64,000 nucleotides of DNA from a virus. The stretch covers positions 15,661 to 79,660 of IMG/VR virus record IMGVR_UViG_3300015371_000015, one strand, 5' to 3'. The translations under genes were made by a program, and so were the position numbers. Below, piece after piece: positions 39,116 to 46,271 of the stretch. Within the stretch, counting starts at the first letter, position 1, and each line of letters opens with the position of its first letter. The notes below the pieces were generated by a model. That model did no database searches and was not told where the DNA came from. It saw only the letters and a program-made list of their open reading frames with translations.

Positions 39116-40888
39116 ATGACCACGACTGACCCGTACGCGGGTTTCGGTACGCGACAGACCCACCAGCAGCACCGTGCTCCCGACCGACCGGAGCAGGTCA
39201 AGAACAACGCCGGCGGCTACGTCTTCCAGATCGATCCCCTGACCCAGCTCAAGCGGTTCCTGACCATCGGGACCGTCGGGGGATCCTACTACGTCGGCGA
39301 GAAGGAACTGACCCGTGAGAACGGTGAGATGATCCTGAGCTTCACGCGCAACCCCACCACGCACGCCCAGCTCGTCGACACCATCGTCGAGATCAGTCTC
39401 GCGGGCCGTGCACCCAAGCAGAACCCCACGCTGTTCGCCTTGGCCATCGCGTGCCAGCACGGCGACACCGCTTCCAAGCAGTACGCGCGCAAGCAGCTCA
39501 CGAAGGTCGTCCGCACCGGTACCCACCTGTTCCTCTTCGTGGGTTACGTCCGGCAGTTCGGTGGCTGGAATCGTGGCATGCGGCGTGCAATCGGTGCGTG
39601 GTACTCCGAGAAGGACCCGGACAAGCTGGCCTACCAGCTGATCAAGTACCGGCGTAGGAACGACCTCACCCACCGTGATGTCTTGCGGATGGCTCACCCG
39701 AAGATCAAGATGGACGAGGTCAACGAGCGGATCGCCATGCTCGATGCCGCGTTCCGGGCGAACGAGGACGACCCGAACACCAAGGAGCTCATGGCGGATG
39801 CTCTTCGGGCTCGCAACGAGCGGCTGAAGCTCCGGTCGAACATCGACTGGACCATCAAGTACCAGAACCGGGACTACTCGGCGCTGGAGGGTGGAACCTC
39901 GAAGATCATCGAGGCGTTCGAGGCCTGCTGGCGTGAGCCGGAGAACATCCCGGCAATCATCAGCGACAACCCGGGGCTCCCCTGGGAGGCCTTGCCGGAC
40001 GAGGCTCTGACCAAGGTGGAGACGTGGGACCGGCTGCTGGACAACGGCATGCCCATCCACGCTCTGCTGCGTCAGCTCCCCCGTCTGACCAACCTCGGGA
40101 TGCTGCCTCCGATGGGGGCCGGGCGTACGGACGATGTCATCCACCAGCTCCTGAACCGTGAGGCGCTGGAGAGGGCTCGGATGCACCCGATCAACGTCCT
40201 GGTGGCGCTCAAGACCTATGCCTCCGGGCAGGGCGAGCGCAACCACTGGTCGCCGAACACCAAGATCATCGACGCGCTGGACGAGATGTTCTACCGCTCG
40301 TTCGGTTTCATCGAGCCCACAGGCAAGCGCATCTTGCAGGCCTGTGACATCTCGTACTCGATGATGGGAGCGAGGACCTTCGGTGGGAAGAAGCCTTTCC
40401 CGCTCTCACCGGCTGAGATCACCGGTGCGATGGCGTTGGCGACGGCTCACATCGAGCCCAACCACCACATCGTCGGGTTCTCCTCGCTCTCGGGGCAGAA
40501 CAACCGGGATCCGCGGGACTCGAAGCTGATCGACCTCAACATCAGCAAGCGGCAGCGCATGGACGACGTCATCAACACGATGTACAACCGGACCTTCGGT
40601 GGTACGGACGTCGCGCTGCCCATGGTCGCCGCCTTGGAGCACGGGTGGAAGATCGACACGTTCGTGATCTACACGGACAACGAGACCTGGCACGGGGATA
40701 TTCATCCTCACCAGGCGCTCGAGCGTTACCGCCGGCAGACCGGAATCGACGCACGCCTCGTGGTGTGTGCGATGTCTGCCTCCCACTTCAGTGTGGCCGA
40801 CCCGAAGGACCCCCGTCAGCTCGACATCAGCGGCTTCGACAGCGCGATGCCTCAGCTGATCTCGGAGTTCTCGGCCGGCAACATCTGA
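39116..40888 (+). CDS. rsr: Ro60/TROVE-domain RNA-binding protein (Rsr ortholog)
   Basis: QVKNNAGGYVF, LKRFLTIGT.GGSYY, RTGTHLF, YQLIKY..R..THRDVLR.AHP; vWA MIDAS DISYSM, GGTD, YTDNETW; GFDS; RBS GAGGAG. Confidence 0.96.
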   Translation: MTTTDPYAGFGTRQTHQQHRAPDRPEQVKNNAGGYVFQIDPLTQLKRFLTIGTVGGSYYVGEKELTRENGEMILSFTRNPTTHAQLVDTIVEISLAGRAPKQNPTLFALAIACQHGDTASKQYARKQLTKVVRTGTHLFLFVGYVRQFGGWNRGMRRAIGAWYSEKDPDKLAYQLIKYRRRNDLTHRDVLRMAHPKIKMDEVNERIAMLDAAFRANEDDPNTKELMADALRARNERLKLRSNIDWTIKYQNRDYSALEGGTSKIIEAFEACWREPENIPAIISDNPGLPWEALPDEALTKVETWDRLLDNGMPIHALLRQLPRLTNLGMLPPMGAGRTDDVIHQLLNREALERARMHPINVLVALKTYASGQGERNHWSPNTKIIDALDEMFYRSFGFIEPTGKRILQACDISYSMMGARTFGGKKPFPLSPAEITGAMALATAHIEPNHHIVGFSSLSGQNNRDPRDSKLIDLNISKRQRMDDVINTMYNRTFGGTDVALPMVAALEHGWKIDTFVIYTDNETWHGDIHPHQALERYRRQTGIDARLVVCAMSASHFSVADPKDPRQLDISGFDSAMPQLISEFSAGNI

Positions 40889-40900
40889 GTACGTAGAGAA

Positions 40901-41040
40901 GCAGGGCCGGGTCGAAGATGATCGGTTAACTGGATAACATTGGTTCAATCCCAATCCAGGTCTGGGCCCACAAGCCTGCCTGGCTCGCCACTTCGGTGGC
41001 AGATGAAAACATCCGGTCGTCACCCCACATCCGGCCCTGC
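40901..41040 (+). ncRNA. Y RNA 2 (T arm, acceptor-like stem, cUUCGg hairpin in D position)
   Basis: gcagggccgg/ccggccctgc; GGGTCGAA..ATCGGTTA; attgg-ttcaatc-ccaat; ACATCC. Confidence 0.85.
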
Positions 41041-41082
41041 CTCTCGCGTAGCAAACAACCTCCATAATAGGAGGTACCTATC

Positions 41083-41343
41083 ATGCCAAATCCCGACCGC
41101 CCGTTCAAGATCAGTGACCATGCCCGAACCAAGATGAGTTTGCGCGCGATTACGAAGGACGAAGTGTTCGACACCATCCTCGCCTACGAGAAGACAGACA
41201 AGAAGAGTAACCAGAAGCGTTATTTCAAAGGACGTCTTTGCGTAGTCGTGGGAGAAGGTCGCACCTTCGACACCATCATCACCGTGCTCCTCAACGAGTT
41301 CGACACATGGACTGATCACCACGCAAGAGATCGCAAGAAGTAG
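41083..41343 (+). CDS. DUF4258-like small protein (predicted RelE/colicin-like RNase fold)
   Basis: ISDHARTKMSLRAITKDEV...LCVVV...IITV pattern; own motif 41044, RBS AGGAGG, terminator 41349-41383. Confidence 0.65.
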   Translation: MPNPDRPFKISDHARTKMSLRAITKDEVFDTILAYEKTDKKSNQKRYFKGRLCVVVGEGRTFDTIITVLLNEFDTWTDHHARDRKK

Positions 41344-41412
41344 TACCCAAGCCTCACCCCGTTTCCACAAGGGGTTAGGTTTCGCTGCGGTCGCGAGGAA
41401 AACAACGCTTGT

Positions 41413-41465
41413 AATGAGAGGTAGGGTAGTAATACCCGGTAACCCGCCAGTTACGACCTCTTATT
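41413..41465 (+). ncRNA. Three-way-junction hairpin after motif 41391 (leader of the Y RNA cluster)
   Basis: aatgagaggt/acctcttatt enclosing gggta-gtaa-taccc and gtaac/gttac. Confidence 0.45.
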
Positions 41466-41488
41466 TCTTTGTCTCGGCTTGACTTAAA

Positions 41489-41625
41489 CAGCTCTGGGTC
41501 GAAGATGCATCGGTTATCAAATTGCCAGGGAGAAATCCCACCCCCCTAGATAGGCTAATTACCTATCGACTTACTGATCACACTATTAGTAAGCAAACCG
41601 GTCATCACCTCTACATCCAGAGCTG
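41489..41625 (+). ncRNA. Y RNA 3 (divergent three-hairpin payload)
   Basis: cagctctgg/ccagagctg; GGGTCGAA, ATCGGTT/AACCGGT, ACATCC. Confidence 0.83.
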
Positions 41626-41635
41626 CCTAAATTTC

Positions 41636-41709
41636 GATGCGGGTCGCTAGTCTTCGGTTATCAAACTCTCAATTTGAAGCCATCCGGAGACGTCAACCAC
41701 ATCCGCATC
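41636..41709 (+). ncRNA. Y RNA 4 (minimal; displays anticodon stem-loop Glu-CUC)
   Basis: gatgcgg/ccgcatc; gtcttcgg/ccggagac; tcaaa-CTCTCAA-tttga. Confidence 0.82.
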
Positions 41710-41717
41710 ACCTAAGA

Positions 41718-41822
41718 CGGACCTTGGGCTATAGCAGGCGGCCCTTGGACGAAGGCCTCTAGGATACCGTCCAGAAGAGGACCAAGGCCGGTCGGGATGA
41801 CCTCCCGCGGTATCCAAGTCTG
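41718..41822 (+). ncRNA. Unclassified structured RNA between Y RNAs 4 and 5
   Basis: cggac/gtctg, cggcc-ttgg/ccaa-ggccg, tggacg/cgtcca, cctct/agagg, ggataccgt/gcggtatcc. Confidence 0.45.
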
Positions 41823-41835
41823 CCCCCTAAGCTTC

Positions 41836-41976
41836 AGCGACGTGGGTCGAAAGAGAATCGGTTAACTTTCCTCTCAAGAAAAAGACCCGGGTTCGAATCC
41901 CGGCGGGTGCATAGCACCTGTAGTTTAGTGGCCTAAAACTCAAAACATCGGTCCTCACCACTACATCTACGTCGTT
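41836..41976 (+). ncRNA. Y RNA 5 containing a complete circularly permuted tRNA-Glu(CUC) mimic
   Basis: Anticodon arm tttc-CTCTCAA-gaaa; T arm ccggg-TTCGAAT-cccgg; acceptor cgggtgc-ata-gcacctg; D arm gttt-agtggccta-aaac. Confidence 0.9.
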
Positions 41977-41985
41977 TAGTTTTGT

Positions 41986-42126
41986 GTCAGAGCGGGTCGA
42001 ACTGGAATTCGGTTACCTCTGCGGAAGGAGTATTGTCGGTTCGAGTCCGGCCGTCCCCGTTAGGGGATGTAGTGTAATTGGCAACACGCTAAAATCCCGG
42101 AATCCTCCCTTTACATCCGCTCTGAC
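41986..42126 (+). ncRNA. Y RNA 6 containing a circularly permuted tRNA mimic with Arg-GCG loop
   Basis: cct-CTGCGGA-agg; T arm gtcgg-TTCGAGT-ccggc; acceptor cgtcccc-gtta-ggggatg; D arm gtgt-aattggca-acac. Confidence 0.88.
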
Positions 42127-42141
42127 CCATATTTGCACAAC

Positions 42142-42224
42142 CCTGTTCGGGTCGAATTGAATCGGTTATCATTCGACTGCTAATCGGAAACCGACGCCGG
42201 TTCAAACCCCTACATCCGAACAGG
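42142..42224 (+). ncRNA. Y RNA 7 (minimal; displays anticodon stem-loop Ser-GCU)
   Basis: cctgttcgg/ccgaacagg; ttgaatcgg/ccggttcaa; ttcga-CTGCTAA-tcgga. Confidence 0.85.
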
Positions 42225-42250
42225 TCTAATCAAGTGATCAAAGGAGAATC

Positions 42251-42727
42251 ATGTCCGACCCCTACAAGGAGTTCGACCGCAATGCCCGGAGGAGCGCCCC
42301 ACGTGTGCTTCTCTGGTCTGTTGTTGCAGTGCTCGGCGTTCTTGCTCTCATCGCCGTGGTGATGGGCATCAAGTACGCAACCGCCAACTGGCGGGGAGCG
42401 GCAGACCAGCGTGAAAAGACCGTCGCAAACGGCAACTACCGTATTGCCAGCTACGACGCGTTCTTCGACAAGTGCAATGAGATCGTCGCCAAGGAAGCCA
42501 TCATCGCCGACTTCCAGAAGCAGTACGAGGACGCTGCGCCAGGTAAGCCCAAGCAGGACGCGCTCATCAACCTGAACGCGATGAAGAACACCCGTATCGA
42601 GATGGTCCAGGACTACAACTCGGATGCCCAGAAGGCTGGCACTCGAGCTCTGTTCCGCTCCGACGACCTGCCCTACCAGATCAGCATCCCTATCAATCCT
42701 GAGGAGCCAACCAAGTGCGCAGCTTGA
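42251..42727 (+). CDS. Membrane-anchored protein
   Basis: RBS AAGGAG, N-terminal TM. Confidence 0.75.
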   Translation: MSDPYKEFDRNARRSAPRVLLWSVVAVLGVLALIAVVMGIKYATANWRGAADQREKTVANGNYRIASYDAFFDKCNEIVAKEAIIADFQKQYEDAAPGKPKQDALINLNAMKNTRIEMVQDYNSDAQKAGTRALFRSDDLPYQISIPINPEEPTKCAA

Positions 42728-43326
42728 TCAAGAAGCACCCCAAGTGGAAGAAGTTCCTGATCGCCATTCCAGCGGTCTTCGTTCTGCTCGCCACCCAGGC
42801 GGAGAGCTGTGACGGCAGCACGCCGGATCCCGACAAGGGCGCCGGCAAGGAACAGACCACGAAGCTCGAGCAGCAGGACACGGTCATCGAGAAGCAGCCG
42901 GCAGAGATCATGCCGTACTCCCCGACTCGCAACACCATCAAGTCCTGGGGCAAGTACTGGTCGGTGCCGGGTCGTCTGGCCTACACCTACATCACCGATG
43001 GCCCCAACGACTTCTCGGGCGGATACTACGTGTTCGTCGGCCCGCCGGTGAGCATGTGCGTCGGCCTGACCAGTCCGGTCAAGAAGGTGCCCGTGGACAT
43101 GGGCGAGTTCGGGGGAGAGACCTACGTCCCCGCGCCTGGCATCGACACGGCCTACGGCGGTGGTGACTGCTCGAACTTCTACGGCATCGATGCGGTGACC
43201 AAGCTGCCGATCGGATTCTCGGTTGGTATGGGGCAGAACATGCAGTACTTCCCCCAGCCCAACCTCCGCTACAAGGCTGAGCCACTCGGCGAAGCCACAT
43301 TCGAATCCGCCAAGAAGGGACGCTGA
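42724..43326 (+). CDS. Putative lipoprotein/exported protein
   Basis: Signal-like N-terminus ending AESC; overlaps upstream stop. Confidence 0.65.
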   Translation: MIKKHPKWKKFLIAIPAVFVLLATQAESCDGSTPDPDKGAGKEQTTKLEQQDTVIEKQPAEIMPYSPTRNTIKSWGKYWSVPGRLAYTYITDGPNDFSGGYYVFVGPPVSMCVGLTSPVKKVPVDMGEFGGETYVPAPGIDTAYGGGDCSNFYGIDAVTKLPIGFSVGMGQNMQYFPQPNLRYKAEPLGEATFESAKKGR

Positions 43327-43327
43327 G

Positions 43328-43744
43328 ATGTCGAAGAGCAATCCAGGGGCCAAGGTCGTTCTCCAACTGACCGACAGCCAGGTCAAGATCCTCGCTGAGG
43401 CCGCCAAGATGGGGGTTCCAGAGATGATCGTCCGTCTGGTGGCCATCAGCTCGGTCACCAAGTTCGGCATGTTCGCACTCGGTCGGCTCTGGCCCTCCAA
43501 GCAGCAGCCGGAGATCCACCTCACGCAGTACGTCAACGGGACGAACGTGGACCCGAAGACGGTCGCCGACTACACCAGGGACCTCATCAAGAAGGGGGTT
43601 GCCGATGTCGCCACCGGCGCTGCCGAGAGGGTGGTCAAGGGCGAAACCGTGGATGAACCACGGCAGAAGTCAGGTCCGTCAGGAGGTCTTCCCGATGTCG
43701 GCCTGCAGATCCCGCAACAGCCGGAGGGCAACGGCGGGAAGTAG
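43328..43744 (+). CDS. Hypothetical protein
   Basis: ORF with typical codon usage. Confidence 0.6.
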   Translation: MSKSNPGAKVVLQLTDSQVKILAEAAKMGVPEMIVRLVAISSVTKFGMFALGRLWPSKQQPEIHLTQYVNGTNVDPKTVADYTRDLIKKGVADVATGAAERVVKGETVDEPRQKSGPSGGLPDVGLQIPQQPEGNGGK

Positions 43745-43807
43745 TACCTGGGGGCCCTGTTAGCAGGCAGGGAATAGGTGGCCCTGATGCGCCACGCGCT
43801 GCCCCTG

Positions 43808-43890
43808 GTACCTACGTAAGCTCAGTGGTAGAGCTCTCCATGGTGTCTCCACGTAGGAGGGTCCCGGGTCCGATTCCCGGCGTAGGTACG
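43808..43890 (+). tRNA. Atypical tRNA-like element (abnormal anticodon arm, no encoded CCA)
   Basis: gtacctacg/cgtaggtac; D arm gctc-agtggta-gagc; T arm ccggg-TCCGATT-cccgg; ctcc/ggag stem closing a 16-nt loop. Confidence 0.6.
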
Positions 43891-43898
43891 AACCTGGA

Positions 43899-44117
43899 CG
43901 TTAGAACTGGGTACTAATGAATGACGCGTAATTGTAGCGGTACGCAAGTATGAACCTCAGTTGGCCACGGCGCGTTGGTCTTCTAACGGGCTGAGTCTTC
44001 ATATTTGTAAGGGCAGGGCGCTGGGCAAATCCGGTGGAACTTTCGTGGATCAGTGACCGTGGTTTGCTGCCGAGGCGGCTGATCATCACACGTCTGCGGT
44101 GAACCCAGCGCTCTGTC
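43899..44117 (+). ncRNA. Two further structured elements
   Basis: cgttagaa/ttctaacg with possible ctcag/ctgag pseudoknot; ggcagggcgctggg/cccagcgctctgtc terminal stem (44012-44117). Confidence 0.45.
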
Positions 44118-44143
44118 ATCCCATATTTGCAAAGGAGTCTTGA

Positions 44144-44368
44144 GTGTCATTCTTAGGAGAAGGTCTCTTCGGAGATTCCGGACCCAGCGGATTCGGTACG
44201 CAGTTCGGCAAGCAGCCAGAAGAGAAGGGCGTAGCCTGGGAAGCCAAGGAGATCGACGGCAAGCTGTACGTCTCCCTTGAGCAAGTCCTGGAGCTGCTGG
44301 AGAACAACAACATTCTTCCCAAGATGCGGGAGCGTCTTCGGGCACGAACTCAGACAACGCAGGGTTAG
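44144..44368 (+). CDS. Hypothetical protein
   Basis: RBS AAGGAG. Confidence 0.55.
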   Translation: MSFLGEGLFGDSGPSGFGTQFGKQPEEKGVAWEAKEIDGKLYVSLEQVLELLENNNILPKMRERLRARTQTTQG

Positions 44369-44528
44369 TACGCCGGACCCGAGACCTGGCTGGAAAGCCT
44401 TGCGTTGTCTGTCTGGTCGCCATTGTCACGTGGCGGCTTTGGGGCTGGAACAATTTCAAGTGGCCGGGATAGGATCTCATAATGGCCAGCCCACACATAT
44501 TTGCACCACCTAATCAAAGGAGAACAGC

Positions 44529-45146
44529 ATGAAGCGCATCAGCGCACTTATCGCCATGGTGGCGTTGGTCCTCAGCGGCCTCGTCTTCGTGGCACCCTCG
44601 GCTTCGGCCAAGGTCGACAAGAGGCCCTGCGTCTCGAGAGCGGAGTTCCGAGCGGTCCACCGCGGCATGACCCAGACCCAGGTCAAGAACGTCTTCGACA
44701 CCTGGGGCTACCAGATCAACCGCTGGGACGACTACGTCGAGGACGGCTACTGGGAGTCCACCTACTACCCCGACGGGTACTACGACTCCTACGACTGGGA
44801 CGGCAACGGCGTCATCACCCCGGACGAGACCGAGTGGATCGACAGCGGGTTCTGGTACGACGAGTGGGTCGACACCAGCTACTGGCTGACCGATACCTTC
44901 CGTACCTACAAGAAGTGCAAGGCCAAGAACTTCGACCGGGGTCGTGGACGAGTTGCCATCAACTTCGACAACTACTCGAGTCCATATTCTGGCTTGAGGC
45001 TGTTCTCCAAGTTCCGCAACAACCCTTGGACGGCATGGGCTCGCACCTTCGCTGAGGACAAGGCGAAGCCGAAGTCGCACACGCCGAAGAACACGCCGGC
45101 ACCACACGCGGGACTCAAGAACACCCGCATCAACAAGACGGGCTGA
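44529..45146 (+). CDS. Secreted protein, BLIP/SmpA-like N-terminus with Tyr/Trp/Asp-rich insert
   Basis: Signal peptide ending ASA; EFRAVHRGMTQTQV; EF-hand-like DWDGNGVITPDE. Confidence 0.65.
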   Translation: MKRISALIAMVALVLSGLVFVAPSASAKVDKRPCVSRAEFRAVHRGMTQTQVKNVFDTWGYQINRWDDYVEDGYWESTYYPDGYYDSYDWDGNGVITPDETEWIDSGFWYDEWVDTSYWLTDTFRTYKKCKAKNFDRGRGRVAINFDNYSSPYSGLRLFSKFRNNPWTAWARTFAEDKAKPKSHTPKNTPAPHAGLKNTRINKTG

Positions 45147-45304
45147 GCCTCAGCCTGCTCCTGTCATTTACTCCTTTGATCCAGGAGTAGGCGGGAGCTC
45201 AGTCACTGGTCGCCCTAGTACACGGCGGCTTTGGGGCGGGACACAGTAGTGTATGTGCCCACGGGTAAAGACCCGCCCACTCCCACCACCTATCAGGAGA
45301 CAAA

Positions 45305-45586
45305 ATGCAAGTGCGTGTAGACACACTATCCGTCGAGCAGCGAGCTGCCTTGTATGAGATGACCCTCGATCTCATGACGCAAGGAGCCATGTGGACGCTG
45401 GACCCCGACAACCAGGAGCTTCTTCGGGAGCGTTCGTTGCGAGCCAGCGAAAACACCACCGTAGCCGATATCTTCCGTGACCTCATGGGAGATTTCCCGC
45501 ACAGGACGGCCGACCTCAAGCCGTCCACCTTCAACGACTTCCTCATGACACTCGACACAACACCCACCAAGGAGACACAAGCATGA
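45305..45586 (+). CDS. Hypothetical protein
   Basis: RBS AGGAG. Confidence 0.6.
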   Translation: MQVRVDTLSVEQRAALYEMTLDLMTQGAMWTLDPDNQELLRERSLRASENTTVADIFRDLMGDFPHRTADLKPSTFNDFLMTLDTTPTKETQA

Positions 45587-46062
45587 CGGACTACATCAGC
45601 CAGGTCGAGCTCGGCAAGCTCTACAAGGACCGGCGCACCGGACTCGAGGGTCACGCGGTTGCGGTCGCCTTCCAGCCCCACGGATGCGTGGAGATCTGCC
45701 TGGAGTACATGAAGGACGGCGAGCCCAAGCGCATCTACATGAACGAGCTGCGCCTCGTCACGCCCAACGACGCCGAGCTCACTGGCGATCACGTCTACAC
45801 CTCCGAGCTCATCCAGGGCCACGAGTACGAGGACATCGAGACCGGCATCCGGGGCTGGTGTTCCATCGTCGAGTTCCACGAGAACATGGCCACTCGCGGC
45901 ATCCTGCGCAAGCTGGAGTCCAAGAAGGGCGACTCGGTCAAGTACAACTCCATCGACGAGTTCCTGCTCAAGGACATCACCGCCCAGGCACCCGAGCCGG
46001 TCAAGGACTCCTCGGGCAAGAAGTCGCCGGTGCGTACGGACATCACGCACTTCCAGCGGTGA
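45583..46062 (+). CDS. Protein with internal tandem domain duplication
   Basis: ELGKLYKDRRTGLEG vs IQGHEYEDIETGIRG. Confidence 0.7.
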   Translation: MTDYISQVELGKLYKDRRTGLEGHAVAVAFQPHGCVEICLEYMKDGEPKRIYMNELRLVTPNDAELTGDHVYTSELIQGHEYEDIETGIRGWCSIVEFHENMATRGILRKLESKKGDSVKYNSIDEFLLKDITAQAPEPVKDSSGKKSPVRTDITHFQR

Positions 46063-46271
46063 CACAGACTTCCGTCAAAAGGCGGGAGAACAAACACAGG
46101 CTACTTCATCTGTGTTGGTAAAAGTGGGGGGCACTAACTTCCCAAAGTGATGGACCACCGTTTATACTAGGTCCCTAGAGTGCCCTGCGAGCAAAAGCGT
46201 GCTGGGGGCGGGTTCCAATGCCTGCCTCCAGCGCGTGCTTCGCGGGGCAAACACTCATCCATATTTTTGTC

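Noticed and set aside
40927-40938. Anticodon loops in Y RNAs 1-3 (ctggata in Y2, ttgccag in Y3)
   Set aside because: No stem closing a 7-nt loop; possible remnants only
38956-42224. CRISPR array or ordinary tRNA cluster
   Set aside because: Units are self-paired RNAs with permuted arm order and closed acceptor stems, not direct repeats with spacers or chargeable tRNAs
43905-43960. Hammerhead ribozyme (ctaatga...gaa)
   Set aside because: Core is not CUGANGA/GAAA and the three stems cannot be assembled convincingly
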